Shown: one piece after another, positions 47,116 to 57,035 of the stretch
Layout of the letters: the number at the start of each line of letters is the position of its first letter
Position numbering within the stretch: position 1 is the first letter of the stretch
Assembly: GCA_045599565.1 (NCBI GenBank)
Contig: JAZRWF010000065.1
Location: forward strand, 1,100 to 65,099
Length of the DNA stretch: 64,000 nt
Source: Lachnospiraceae bacterium
GTDB taxonomy: Bacteria; Bacillota; Clostridia; Lachnospirales; Lachnospiraceae
Reading direction: 5' to 3'
The notes under the pieces: generated by a model
What the model was told of the DNA's origin: nothing
Databases searched by the model: none
What the model saw: only the letters and a program-made list of their open reading frames with translations
Program-made: the position numbers and the translations under genes

Positions 47116-50100
47116 ATGAAATACTATTATTTTAGTCATTTTACCGGTGAGGATACAGAGCTTGGGGAGCAGGTGTATGCCTCAGTCAGTACCGATGGTT
47201 TACATTGGCACGACCTTTATGATGGAAAGCCGATACATGCATGTCAGTCGTATTCAGGCGGACTTCGCGACCCATTCATGGTTAGAAATATGAATGGTGA
47301 GGGCTTCTTCCTGCTTTGTACTGATCTTAAAATTTATAATGGCGCTGGCTGGGGAGAGGCTGTGGAGCACGGCTCTAAAAAGCTCCTTATCTGGAAGACT
47401 ACAGACCTTTCTAACTTTACAGAGCTGACACCTTATGAGCTTCCATTTGCAGACGCTGGAAACCTTTGGGCTCCAGAGGCTATATGGGATAAAAAGCGCG
47501 AGCAGTACATGGTGTTCTTTGCTTCCAACACAGGAGACGGAGCGAACAGAAGACACAGAATTTACTGTGTATTCACAAAGGATTTTGTGACATTTTCTGA
47601 GCCGCAGCTCTATATAGAAAAGGCAAATCATGTGATAGACACCACTATTATAGAGGTGGGTGAGGGCTACTATCGCTTCTCAAAGGATGAGACCACGAAG
47701 CATATTCTGATGGAGTATGCTACTGATCTTTTGGGTCAGTGGGAGGAGAGATATGCGCCAGGTTTATCTGATATCGAGGGCGTAGAGGGACCTGAGATTT
47801 ATCAGCTCGAGGATGGCTCATACTGTCTCATCATTGACAGATATAGAGATCACCTGGGATATCTTCCTCTTATCACAAAGGATTTTACCTCGTTTAGAGT
47901 GTTAGATGATTCTGAGTTCGATTATGGCCTGACTAAAAAGCGTCACGGTGGTGTAGTGGAGGTTACTCCTACTGAGTACATGGGACTTCTTGGACCAGAA
48001 CTGGCACAGGAGCTCGGCGGTGGAATCATGGTGGGTGATCTCATTCACCCAGAGGTGTCAGCACTTTGCCGACAGGCGGCTGCAGAGGGCGTAGTTCTCT
48101 TAGAGAATAATGGTGTGCTTCCATTAAAGACAGACAATCAGGTGGCTGTGTTTGGCCGCCACGCTATAAACTACTTTGTCATGGGCTATGGCTCAGGCGG
48201 AGACATTTGCTCACCATATCGCCATTCGCTTATGGATGGCTTAGAACTGGTGGGAGCAAAGTATTACAAGCCGCTTTACGACTACTATAAGCAGTGGTGT
48301 GATGACCCACACAATGCACCTAAGAAGTATGGTTGGGGACAGTGGCCTACCACCTACGGCGAGATGCCACTGGATATAAATGCAGTAAAGGATGCAGCAG
48401 GAAACTGTGATACAGCGCTCGTGGTCATCGGACGTTCTGCAGGTGAGGACAGAGAGAGCGTGCTTACAGGCGGAAGCTTCTACCTCACTGAGATAGAAAT
48501 AGATATGCTCGACAAGGTGACCTCAGAGTTCTCTAAGGTGGTCGTTATCTTAGACACCGGAAATCTTATGGATGTAAGCTTTATGGATCGCTACGGGGAT
48601 AAGATTTCAGCGCTTGTTCTTGGCTTCCATGGTGGAATGGAGACAGGCGCGGGCTTGGCTGATGTTTTGTACGGCAGGGTAAACCCTAGCGGACGCCTTA
48701 CGAACACCATAGCTTTAAACTATGAGGACTATCCTTCAGCGCCTACATTTGGCGGGGAAAAGTATAATAACTACGCCGAGGATATCTACGTAGGCTACAG
48801 ATATTTCGAGACCTTTGCGAAGGACAAGGTAAAATATCCATTTGGATACGGACTCAGCTACACGACCTTTGAGTATGAGATAGAGAACTTTACGATAGAT
48901 CTTGACAATGTGGAAGTCATCGTGAAGGTTACCAACACAGGCTTGGTAAAGGGAAAGACTCCTGTGATGTGCTTCACATCGGCTCCACAGGGACTGCTTG
49001 GAAAGCCTGCTTTAGTACTCTCTGACTTTGCTAAGACTGGAGATATCATGCCGGGCGAAGCTGAGAGTGTTATGCTCTCATTTGACGCTACAGATATGGC
49101 CAGCTACGATGACACAGGCGTGACTGGACATGCAGACTGCTTCGTGATAGAGGCTGGTCAGTACCACATCTTCGCAGGATTAAATGTACGAGATCTTGTA
49201 CATGCAGGTACGCTCGAGGTGGATGAGACTGTGGCTGTAAAGCAATGCAATGACGCACTAGGTCTGGCTAAGGGAACCTCGTTTAAGCGCATGGTAAACA
49301 AGGGTGGCCTTACATATGAGGATGTACCTGAGTCATCAGCAGACCTTCGTGGACGTATCTTAGAGAATATGCCGCAGGCTCTTTCTAATCCAGGAAGATT
49401 TATTCACTGGTCAGAGGTTAAGAGCGGCTCTGCTTCGATAGAGGAGTTCGTGGGACAGTTTAGTCCGCAGCAGCTTGAGGCAATGACCTACGGTGATGGA
49501 AGAATGAGCTGTCCACTCGGAGTGCCAGGAAATACGTCGATATTTGCTGCTGTTTCAGATGAGCTTCGCGAGAAATACGGCATTCCAGTGATGGTTACGA
49601 CTGATGGTCCTAGCGGAATCCGTGTGCTTAAGGTTTCGACCATGCTTCCTTGCGGAACAGCACTGGCTTCATCATTTAACCTGCCTATGGTTAAGCAGCT
49701 TTATAAATATGTGGGCAAGGAGGTTAGCTACTATGGCTCAGCAGTACTTCTTGGACCTGGAATAAATATCCAGAGAAACCCACTCTGCGGAAGAAACTTC
49801 GAGTACTTCTCAGAGGATCCATACCTCACAGGCTGGATGTCTGTGGCTGCTATCGCAGGTATTCAGAGTCAGGGTGTATCAGCATGTCCTAAGCATTTCG
49901 CATGTAATAACCAGGAGGTAAATCGAAATAAGCACGACTCAAGAGTTTCAAAGAGAGCGCTTCGCGAGATTTACTTAAAGGGCTTTGAGATATCGGTGAA
50001 GGAGGCTTCTCCTCGCATGATCATGACGAGCTATAATCTTATAAATGGCGTATATGCTCATTATAATTATGATCTCGTGACCACCATCCTTAGAAATGAG

Positions 50101-50337
50101 TGGGGCTATGAGGGAATGATTACCACAGACTGGTGGACACAGCAGGGTGAGTCTAAGGAGTTCCCAGGTCTTACAAACACTGGCTTTAGATTGCGCGCCG
50201 GTGTAGATCTTAACATGCCAGGCTCTGACAAGTTTGAGCGCGATGGACTTAAGACCTTTGGACAGCCAGATGGCATTACCTTAGGTGAGCTTCAGGCGTG
50301 CGTGCTTAGAATTTTACAGTTTGCGCTGGATGCGTAG
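47116..50337 (+). CDS. GH43-like beta-propeller fused to a domain-permuted GH3 beta-glycosidase
   Basis: N-terminal RDP, WAPE, IDT, EGP, RHG (GH43-like); then GH3 C-domain (EGVVLLEN, PSGRL, YPFGYGLSYT), FnIII-like segment, and GH3 barrel (DGPSG, GRNFEYFSEDP, KHF, MTSYN, TTDW). Confidence 0.88.
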   Translation: MKYYYFSHFTGEDTELGEQVYASVSTDGLHWHDLYDGKPIHACQSYSGGLRDPFMVRNMNGEGFFLLCTDLKIYNGAGWGEAVEHGSKKLLIWKTTDLSNFTELTPYELPFADAGNLWAPEAIWDKKREQYMVFFASNTGDGANRRHRIYCVFTKDFVTFSEPQLYIEKANHVIDTTIIEVGEGYYRFSKDETTKHILMEYATDLLGQWEERYAPGLSDIEGVEGPEIYQLEDGSYCLIIDRYRDHLGYLPLITKDFTSFRVLDDSEFDYGLTKKRHGGVVEVTPTEYMGLLGPELAQELGGGIMVGDLIHPEVSALCRQAAAEGVVLLENNGVLPLKTDNQVAVFGRHAINYFVMGYGSGGDICSPYRHSLMDGLELVGAKYYKPLYDYYKQWCDDPHNAPKKYGWGQWPTTYGEMPLDINAVKDAAGNCDTALVVIGRSAGEDRESVLTGGSFYLTEIEIDMLDKVTSEFSKVVVILDTGNLMDVSFMDRYGDKISALVLGFHGGMETGAGLADVLYGRVNPSGRLTNTIALNYEDYPSAPTFGGEKYNNYAEDIYVGYRYFETFAKDKVKYPFGYGLSYTTFEYEIENFTIDLDNVEVIVKVTNTGLVKGKTPVMCFTSAPQGLLGKPALVLSDFAKTGDIMPGEAESVMLSFDATDMASYDDTGVTGHADCFVIEAGQYHIFAGLNVRDLVHAGTLEVDETVAVKQCNDALGLAKGTSFKRMVNKGGLTYEDVPESSADLRGRILENMPQALSNPGRFIHWSEVKSGSASIEEFVGQFSPQQLEAMTYGDGRMSCPLGVPGNTSIFAAVSDELREKYGIPVMVTTDGPSGIRVLKVSTMLPCGTALASSFNLPMVKQLYKYVGKEVSYYGSAVLLGPGINIQRNPLCGRNFEYFSEDPYLTGWMSVAAIAGIQSQGVSACPKHFACNNQEVNRNKHDSRVSKRALREIYLKGFEISVKEASPRMIMTSYNLINGVYAHYNYDLVTTILRNEWGYEGMITTDWWTQQGESKEFPGLTNTGFRLRAGVDLNMPGSDKFERDGLKTFGQPDGITLGELQACVLRILQFALDA

Positions 50338-50358
50338 ATATAGGGTTTTATAGTTTTT

Positions 50359-50400
50359 CCTAGATTATTCACGGCTTTTCGTGGGTAGTCTAGGTTTTAT
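50359..50400 (+). terminator. intrinsic terminator after the glycosidase
   Basis: CCTAGATTATTCACG...CGTGGGTAGTCTAGG followed by T-rich tract. Confidence 0.7.
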
Positions 50401-50504
50401 TTTACTTCTGGATAGGGGTGAATTGGGAAACTAGAAGTAATTATGTTAGAAAATGTTATAAGGTTGAATGCGAAGCCTATGACATAGTGGTTGGGATATA
50501 TTAT

Positions 50505-52241
50505 ATGAATAAATTATTGAATGAAATTATTGAAATAGAAAAAGAATTGAGAAACACGCAGCTTCCTGATTTAATAGAGGAAGATTTTGTGGCATTCAGA
50601 GATACTGGAAATCGTCTTGTATATGAGGGGCAGTATTTTGGCAGGAGAAAGTATTTGACGGTGTATGCGATACTGGCTTTACATGGGGAAAATCTGCCTG
50701 AGTATGATCTTTATGTTTCAAGACTGTGTGAGGTGATTTCTGCTGTTTTGGACGAGAAATGCTGGGCTTTGCCTGCACATGTGGATTTTAAGAAATATGG
50801 AACAGAAGAGATGAATCTGACTGTGGATTTGTTCGCGGCAGAGACGGGCGGAACGCTGGCGGAGCTTTTGTATAAGCTTTCTTCGGTGCTGCCTTTTGAA
50901 CTTCGTGTGCGCATGGCTGCTGCTGTTCGTTTGCGTATTTTGGATGAGTTTTCTTCGAAGGTGCCATACAGCTGGTGGGAGTATGACAGGTGCAACTGGT
51001 CTGCTGTCTGCGCAGGCAATGTCGGACTGGCTGCTATTTATATGGAGAAATACATAAAAGAGGCTGAGATCACTTTTGCTTCGGATGGGGTGGAAGTATG
51101 TGCTAGCGAGCCAAAGATAGATTTTGATTTTTTATCTGTGGTGACCAGGTGTGCTGAGTCCATGAAGTACTTTTTAGGTGGCTATGAGGACGATGGCACT
51201 TGCACGGAAGGGCTTGGATACTATGGCTATGGAATGAGCTATTTCATAGGCTTTTTGGATGAACTTTTGAAATCTGATGTTTTGGAATATGTGTCTTTAG
51301 GGCAGGAGCTTATGGCTATAGAAAAGCTGGCTGAAATAGCGAAGTTTCCACAAAAAATGTATATGCACGGCGGTATATCTGTAGCATTTTCTGATGGAGG
51401 TGAGAAGGAATCCTATCTTACAGGGCTGATGGGCTGGCTTTCTTCATATTTTGAGGGTGTGGTGCTTCCGGATGCTTCGCTGGCCAGAGGCTTTATGGAG
51501 GATAACTGCTATAGGTATTTAACGAATGAGAGAAGCGTTGCATATCTTGAGGCTGCTGATTTGGAGGCTTTGGATGGTTCGTCGGTTTCTGGTGAGTCGG
51601 AGTATCTGCTGCCATCTGCACAGTGGTATGTGAAGTCTGGGCAGGTGTTCTCATTTGCTGCGAAGGGCGGAAATAATGACGAGAATCACAATCATAATGA
51701 TATCGGAAGCTTTATGCTGGTGCATGGCGGAAGGCAGATCCTGTGTGAGATGGGCGCAGGCGAGTATACGAAGGATTATTTTACGGACAAGAGATATACG
51801 ATTTTAAATAACTCATCTTTGGGACACAATGTGCCTATAGTGGATGGCCACGAGCAGGGTACAGGTGTGGATTATCGAGCCTCTAAGTTTACTTTAGAGG
51901 ATGGGTATATTATAATCGAAATGCACGCTGCTTATGAGGCGGGACTTTTGGATTCTTTAGTTCGAAGGATTGGAATTAAGGGCGAGGACTTTATTCTTTT
52001 GGATGAGTTTTCTGCAGGTACTGCGTCAAAGGTGACGGAGAGGTTTGTCAGCGCAGTGGAGCCGCAGGTTTTGGACTGTTCATCGTTTGTGATAGGGGAT
52101 GTCCGCTTTGATTTAGATGGTGCTGGCGAGGTAGAGGTGTCCTCTGCTAAGGTCACAGGCCATAAGGGCGAGGCGCTCACCTATTATTTTATAGATGTAA
52201 AGGTCGCTGGCGAGAGATTTGAGATGCGTGCAAGTTGCTAG
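50505..52241 (+). CDS. heparinase II/III-like (polysaccharide lyase-like) family protein
   Basis: WALPAH, DLFAAETG, NWSAVC, EG.GYY.YG, KGG.N.E.HNHNDIGSF, S.GHNVP; start placed at ATG 50505 (uncertain). Confidence 0.8.
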   Translation: MNKLLNEIIEIEKELRNTQLPDLIEEDFVAFRDTGNRLVYEGQYFGRRKYLTVYAILALHGENLPEYDLYVSRLCEVISAVLDEKCWALPAHVDFKKYGTEEMNLTVDLFAAETGGTLAELLYKLSSVLPFELRVRMAAAVRLRILDEFSSKVPYSWWEYDRCNWSAVCAGNVGLAAIYMEKYIKEAEITFASDGVEVCASEPKIDFDFLSVVTRCAESMKYFLGGYEDDGTCTEGLGYYGYGMSYFIGFLDELLKSDVLEYVSLGQELMAIEKLAEIAKFPQKMYMHGGISVAFSDGGEKESYLTGLMGWLSSYFEGVVLPDASLARGFMEDNCYRYLTNERSVAYLEAADLEALDGSSVSGESEYLLPSAQWYVKSGQVFSFAAKGGNNDENHNHNDIGSFMLVHGGRQILCEMGAGEYTKDYFTDKRYTILNNSSLGHNVPIVDGHEQGTGVDYRASKFTLEDGYIIIEMHAAYEAGLLDSLVRRIGIKGEDFILLDEFSAGTASKVTERFVSAVEPQVLDCSSFVIGDVRFDLDGAGEVEVSSAKVTGHKGEALTYYFIDVKVAGERFEMRASC

Positions 52242-52258
52242 TTTTTGGGAGGAATGAT

Positions 52259-53356
52259 ATGAAGAACTTTGGATTTGGTGCTATGAGATTGCCTGTTTTA
52301 AGCAAGGAGGATGCTACTAAGATAGACCTTGAGCAGGTTAACAAGATGGCTGATGCCTTTATGGAGGCTGGTTTTACTTATTTCGACACAGCGTATATGT
52401 ATCACGGTGGATTTTCTGAGAGAGCTATGAAGTCTTGTGTGGTCGATCGCCATGATAGAAGCAGCTTTACTCTGGCAGATAAGATGCCTATTATGCATGT
52501 ACATGGGCCAGAGGATTATCCTAAGTTTTTCGAGGAGCAGCTTTCGCGCACTGGTGCAGGCTACTTTGACTATTATCTTTTACATGCGATGAATCTTCAG
52601 CGCTATGAGGAGTGCTTAAAGTGGGGCGCATTTGACTTTGTCGCAAAGAAAAAGGAGGAGGGGCTTATCAAGCATATGGGCTTCTCATTCCATGATTCTG
52701 CAGATGTTTTGGACAGAATCCTAACTGAGCATCCTGAGATGGAATTTGTTCAGCTTCAGCTTAACTACCTCGACTGGGACAGCGCCACTGTTCAGTCTGG
52801 TGCATGCTATGAGGTGGCTAGAAACCATAATGTCCCTATCGTGGTAATGGAGCCTGTAAAGGGCGGCACACTGGCTAATCTTCCGGAAGCTGCCATGGAA
52901 CTTCTCAAGGAAAACGGCATGAATGATTCGCCTGCTACCTACGCACTTAGGTTCTGTATGAGTCTTCCGGGTGTTATGATGGTGCTTTCAGGCATGTCTA
53001 ATATGGAGCAGGCATTGGATAATGTTAATACCTTGAAGGATTGCGAGCCACTTACTAAAGAGGAAAATCAGGTGCTTGCAAAGGTGGCAAACATTATAAA
53101 CGAGGGCTATGTCATTCCTTGTACCAGATGCGGCTACTGTATGGAGGTTTGTCCTATCGGAATGCCTATTCCATCGCTCATGGGTCTTTATAATAACTTT
53201 GCTGTATCAGGAAATATGTCTAAGAATTATCTGGCGCGTATTACCTATGGCCACAATGTGCCATCAGCATGCCTTGGCTGTAAGGCCTGCGAAGGCAACT
53301 GCCCACAGCATATTGAGATTACAAAGTATCTGGATGAGATAGCGAAGTACGAGTAA
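52259..53356 (+). CDS. aldo/keto reductase with C-terminal 4Fe-4S domain
   Basis: GFGAMRLP, YFDTAY.Y, GFSFH, MEPVKGG, CTRCGYC..CP, C.GC..CE..CPQ; ATG 52259 with SD GGAGG. Confidence 0.92.
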   Translation: MKNFGFGAMRLPVLSKEDATKIDLEQVNKMADAFMEAGFTYFDTAYMYHGGFSERAMKSCVVDRHDRSSFTLADKMPIMHVHGPEDYPKFFEEQLSRTGAGYFDYYLLHAMNLQRYEECLKWGAFDFVAKKKEEGLIKHMGFSFHDSADVLDRILTEHPEMEFVQLQLNYLDWDSATVQSGACYEVARNHNVPIVVMEPVKGGTLANLPEAAMELLKENGMNDSPATYALRFCMSLPGVMMVLSGMSNMEQALDNVNTLKDCEPLTKEENQVLAKVANIINEGYVIPCTRCGYCMEVCPIGMPIPSLMGLYNNFAVSGNMSKNYLARITYGHNVPSACLGCKACEGNCPQHIEITKYLDEIAKYE

Positions 53357-53411
53357 AATAAGTGACTTGGTTTTTGGGAATTCACTTTTGGGGATTCTTT
53401 TAGAAAAATCC

Positions 53412-53440
53412 TTGCATATATTAAAAATATATGTTATATT
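53412..53440 (+). promoter_or_regulatory. sigma-A promoter upstream of the rpmE leader
   Basis: TTGCAT-N17-TATATT with extended -10 TG. Confidence 0.65.
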
Positions 53441-53469
53441 ATTAAGGCTGTTTTCGGGATGACAGTATG

Positions 53470-53539
53470 GAAACAAAGGAGGGGCCCGCTGCCCTGAAAT
53501 CTGGCCTGGTCCAGATTTCAAGTGGGAGGTACCTGTTTC
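53470..53539. ncRNA. putative 70-nt structured RNA element, copy B, in the rpmE leader
   Basis: same length and core as 15246-15315 (TGAAA.CTGGCCTGGTCCAG.TTTCAAGTGGG..GTACC) with compensatory stem changes. Confidence 0.6.
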
Positions 53540-53617
53540 TTCCTTAGTTTTGAACGAGGGGGGATTTTGTTTCTTATTTGCTTTTATTATATTTATCATT
53601 CGTAAAGGAGATTCGCC

Positions 53618-53818
53618 ATGAAGAAGGATATCCATCCAGATTACTATCAGGCAACCGTTACTTGCAACTGCGGTAACTCTTGGACCTGCGGAAGCACCAA
53701 GGAGTCAATTCACGTAGAAATTTGCTCTAAGTGCCACCCATTCTACACCGGTCAGCAGAAGGCTACTCAGGCTAGAGGACGTGTAGATAAGTTCAATAAG
53801 AAGTATAATCTTGCTTAA
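53618..53818 (+). CDS. rpmE: 50S ribosomal protein L31 (Zn-binding form)
   Basis: [27 protein letters not shown]. Confidence 0.97.
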   Translation: MKKDIHPDYYQATVTCNCGNSWTCGSTKESIHVEICSKCHPFYTGQQKATQARGRVDKFNKKYNLA

Positions 53819-53831
53819 TTGAAAGTATGTC

Positions 53832-53863
53832 AGCCCCAGTTCTTTGGAACTGGGGCTTTTTTT
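53832..53863 (+). terminator. intrinsic terminator of rpmE
   Basis: AGCCCCAGTTC-TTTG-GAACTGGGGCT-TTTTTT. Confidence 0.9.
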
Positions 53864-53874
53864 ATCCAGATCGA

Positions 53875-53940
53875 TTATCCAAGCAGAAAATCTGCAAGCA
53901 TAACTATTGGCAAAATAAGAATAAAAATGGCTGCTATCAT
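53875..53940 (-). CDS. unannotated 21-aa hydrophobic small protein MIAAIFILILPIVMLADFLLG
   Basis: ATG at 53940, TAA at 53875-53877, SD AAAGGAG at 53951-53957 (10-nt spacing); too short for the ORF track. Confidence 0.55.
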   Translation of the reverse strand: MIAAIFILILPIVMLADFLLG

Positions 53941-54150
53941 GTTTTTAGGTCTCCTTTGTGTTGATTTTTTGATTTCTTTTTCCTTTATGCTATTTATCTT
54001 AAGAGTTTATGTGTCCCAAAATCTTCCCAATGAGATTTGCGTAATTGGGTTTGGGTGCTTTCGCTGACTTGCTAGGTGGTCGCAATTCCTGGTTGGCTGG
54101 CGTTTTATTAGTTGTTTACTTACGTTTAGGTGGTGGTAATCCCTGGGGAT

Positions 54151-54328
54151 TGGTCTTAATTTCCTGAACATGCGATTTATGACCAAAAACAGGCCGTTTT
54201 TGAGATTTTTGAGTGAAATTTTGGTCTTAATATCGCATTTGTCGCTACAAGACCAAAAAAAGGCAAAAAAAGGCGATTTTTGGTCTTGTGAGCCCAAGTA
54301 GCAAATTAAGACCACGAGTCAGGGCTAG
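54151..54328 (+). mobile_element. MITE/REPIN-like element, copy 3; tail to about 54392
   Basis: colinear with 3581-3758; right end AAATTAAGACCACGAGTCAGGGCTAG identical to copy 1; ACCACGAGTC repeated 40 bp later at 54351. Confidence 0.75.
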
Positions 54329-54406
54329 AGGAAGCGTGGAGGGAGGGGAGACCACGAGTCGGGGATAGAAAGGGCACTCAGGGAGGGAGAACGCTTGGTA
54401 GAGTAC

Positions 54407-54435
54407 TTGAAAACACGGTTCAATAATGGTATTAT
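54407..54435 (+). promoter_or_regulatory. sigma-A promoter of rho
   Basis: TTGAAA-N17-TATTAT with extended -10 TG. Confidence 0.6.
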
Positions 54436-54509
54436 CATCAGAAGAAAAAGTAATGAAAATCTGATTTCTAAGATATTTTATAAAACCCCCGATTATTAAG
54501 GAGAAGTGA

Positions 54510-55853
54510 ATGAGAGAGAAGTACGAGAGCTTATCTGTAGCAGTACTGAAGGATTTGGCAAAGAGCAGGGGCATAAAGTCTGTTTCTGGTATGAATAAGG
54601 CTGAGGTTATCGATGCTATGCTGGCGCTGGATGATAAGGAAGCTAAAGAGAAAGCAGCCATGGAGCCAAAGGTGGAGGAGAAGCCAAAGACAGAAGAGAA
54701 GCCAAAGACTGAGGAAAAACCTAAGTCTGAGGATATGCCGTTTTCCGGTGTGCTCGAGGTTATGCCAGATGGATTTGGCTTCATAAGAAGCGATGGCTAC
54801 CTGCCTGGCACAACAGATGTATATGTGAGCAATGCTCAGATAAGAAAATTTGGTCTTAGAAAGGGCGATATAATCAGCGGTACGAAGAAGTTTAATAATC
54901 CTACCGATAAATTTGCTGCGCTTTCTAATTTAAATGCGATAAATGATTTGCCACCAGAGCTTTCTATGAGAAGACCTCTTTTTGAAAAGCTAACCCCTAT
55001 TTTCCCTAATGAGAGAATAAGGCTTGAGCAGCCAGGCTGCTCTGTGGCGATGAGAATAGTGGATCTTATCAGCCCCGTCGGCAAAGGCCAGCGTGGTATG
55101 ATCGTTTCACAGCCTAAGGCTGGTAAGACGACCTTGCTGAAGGAGGTGGCTAGGTCGATTACCACCACACATCCTGATATGCATCTTATTATCCTGCTTA
55201 TCGATGAGCGACCTGAGGAGGTTACGGATATAAGAGAGGCAATCATTGGAAGGAATGTGGAGGTAGTGGATTCTACATTTGATGAGACGCCAGAGCATCA
55301 CAAGCGCGTGGCCGAGATGGCTATCGAGCGTGCGAAGAGACTGGTAGAGGCTAAAAAGGACGTGCTCATTCTTTTGGATTCCATCACTAGACTTACGCGT
55401 GCGTATAACCTTACGGTTTCGCCATCTGGACGTACATTGTCAGGTGGTCTGGATCCTGCAGCGCTGCACTCGCCTAAGAAATTCTTCGGTGCAGCCAGAA
55501 ATATGAGAGAGGGCGGAAGCCTTACCATACTTGCGACCGCACTCGTGGAGACAGGCTCGAGAATGGACGATGTGGTGTACGAGGAATTTAAGGGCACAGG
55601 TAATATGGAGCTTATCCTCGATAGAAAGCTTTCAGAAAAGAGAGTTTTCCCTGCAGTGGACATCACAGCATCCGGCACCAGAAGAGAGGATCTGCTTTTG
55701 GATTCGACTGAGCTAGAGGCGGTGGAAATCATGCGAAAGGGCATAAATGGCATGAAGTCAGAGGAGGCGGTGGAGAGCATCCTGAACCTCTTTGCTAGCA
55801 CAAAGAACAACCGTGATTTTTGCGAGACAGTTATAAAGAAAAGATATATTTAA
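54510..55853 (+). CDS. rho: transcription termination factor Rho
   Basis: Rho N-domain, GFGFIR, GKGQRGMI...PKAGKT, LIDERPEEV, DSITRL, EEFKGTGNME; short (E)EKPKT linker repeats. Confidence 0.97.
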   Translation: MREKYESLSVAVLKDLAKSRGIKSVSGMNKAEVIDAMLALDDKEAKEKAAMEPKVEEKPKTEEKPKTEEKPKSEDMPFSGVLEVMPDGFGFIRSDGYLPGTTDVYVSNAQIRKFGLRKGDIISGTKKFNNPTDKFAALSNLNAINDLPPELSMRRPLFEKLTPIFPNERIRLEQPGCSVAMRIVDLISPVGKGQRGMIVSQPKAGKTTLLKEVARSITTTHPDMHLIILLIDERPEEVTDIREAIIGRNVEVVDSTFDETPEHHKRVAEMAIERAKRLVEAKKDVLILLDSITRLTRAYNLTVSPSGRTLSGGLDPAALHSPKKFFGAARNMREGGSLTILATALVETGSRMDDVVYEEFKGTGNMELILDRKLSEKRVFPAVDITASGTRREDLLLDSTELEAVEIMRKGINGMKSEEAVESILNLFASTKNNRDFCETVIKKRYI

Positions 55854-55871
55854 TTCATAGGAGTGATTAAA

Positions 55872-57029
55872 ATGGGAAATTCAATCGATGAAACAGCGCT
55901 GTTTTTACACCGTCAGTGGAACGGTAAAATAGAGACTACCTCTAAGAGTCCAGTAAAGAGCCGCGAGGACCTTTCGCTTGCCTATACACCAGGTGTGGCC
56001 GCACCTTGCCGCGTGATCGCAGAAAATGCAGATGAAGCGTATAACTATACACTTAAGGCTAACACAGTAGCTGTAGTATCAGATGGCTCGGCTGTACTTG
56101 GTCTTGGAAATATCGGACCTTTGGCAGGTCTTCCTGTTATGGAAGGAAAGTGCGTACTATTCAAGGAATTTGCTGGAGTAAACGCATTTCCTATCGTGCT
56201 TTCTACTCAGAATGTAGACGAAATCGTAGCCGCAGTTAAGGCTATCGCGCCTACCTTTGGCGGAATTAATCTGGAGGATATCTCTGCTCCTAGATGCTTC
56301 GAGGTAGAGGAGAGACTTAAGGCTGAGCTCGACATTCCTGTTTTCCATGACGATCAGCACGGTACTGCTATCGTGGTTTTAGCAGGTATTATAAATGCGC
56401 TTAAGGTGGTAGGAAAGCAGAAGGAAAACTGCAAGGTAGTAGTAAATGGTGCAGGTTCTGCAGGCGTGGCTATCACAAAGATGCTTTTAAACTATGGATT
56501 CAAGGATATCACCATGTGTGACCGTTTCGGTATCATCGGACCTGAGTACGAGGGCTTAAACTGGATGCAGGAGAAGATGTGCGAGGTTACTAACCTTGAT
56601 CGCAAGAAGGGAACTTTGGCGGATGCCTTGGTGGGCGCTGATATTTTCGTAGGCGTTTCGGCTCCTGGCATCGTATCGAAGGAGATGGTGGCTTCTATGG
56701 CTAAGGATTCTATACTCTTTGCTATGGCAAACCCTACCCCTGAAATTATGCCTGATTTGGCAAAGGAGGCTGGCGCTAGAGTGGTGGGAACAGGTCGCTC
56801 GGACTTCCCTAACCAGGTAAACAATGTAGTAGCTTTCCCTGGAATCTTCAAGGGTGCACTTGAGGGTCGCGCTACTCAGATCACTGAGGAAATGAAGCTG
56901 GCTGCTGCCAATGCTATCGCTTCACTTGTGCCAGATGACAAGCTTTGCGATGAGTTTATCTTGCCAGAGGCATTTGATCCAAGAGTAGCTATCGTGGTTT
57001 CAAATGCTATAAAAAGCTGCATTAAGTAG
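55872..57029 (+). CDS. NAD(P)-dependent malic enzyme
   Basis: [46 protein letters not shown]; ATG 55872 with SD AGGAG. Confidence 0.93.
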   Translation: MGNSIDETALFLHRQWNGKIETTSKSPVKSREDLSLAYTPGVAAPCRVIAENADEAYNYTLKANTVAVVSDGSAVLGLGNIGPLAGLPVMEGKCVLFKEFAGVNAFPIVLSTQNVDEIVAAVKAIAPTFGGINLEDISAPRCFEVEERLKAELDIPVFHDDQHGTAIVVLAGIINALKVVGKQKENCKVVVNGAGSAGVAITKMLLNYGFKDITMCDRFGIIGPEYEGLNWMQEKMCEVTNLDRKKGTLADALVGADIFVGVSAPGIVSKEMVASMAKDSILFAMANPTPEIMPDLAKEAGARVVGTGRSDFPNQVNNVVAFPGIFKGALEGRATQITEEMKLAAANAIASLVPDDKLCDEFILPEAFDPRVAIVVSNAIKSCIK

Positions 57030-57035
57030 GACAAA

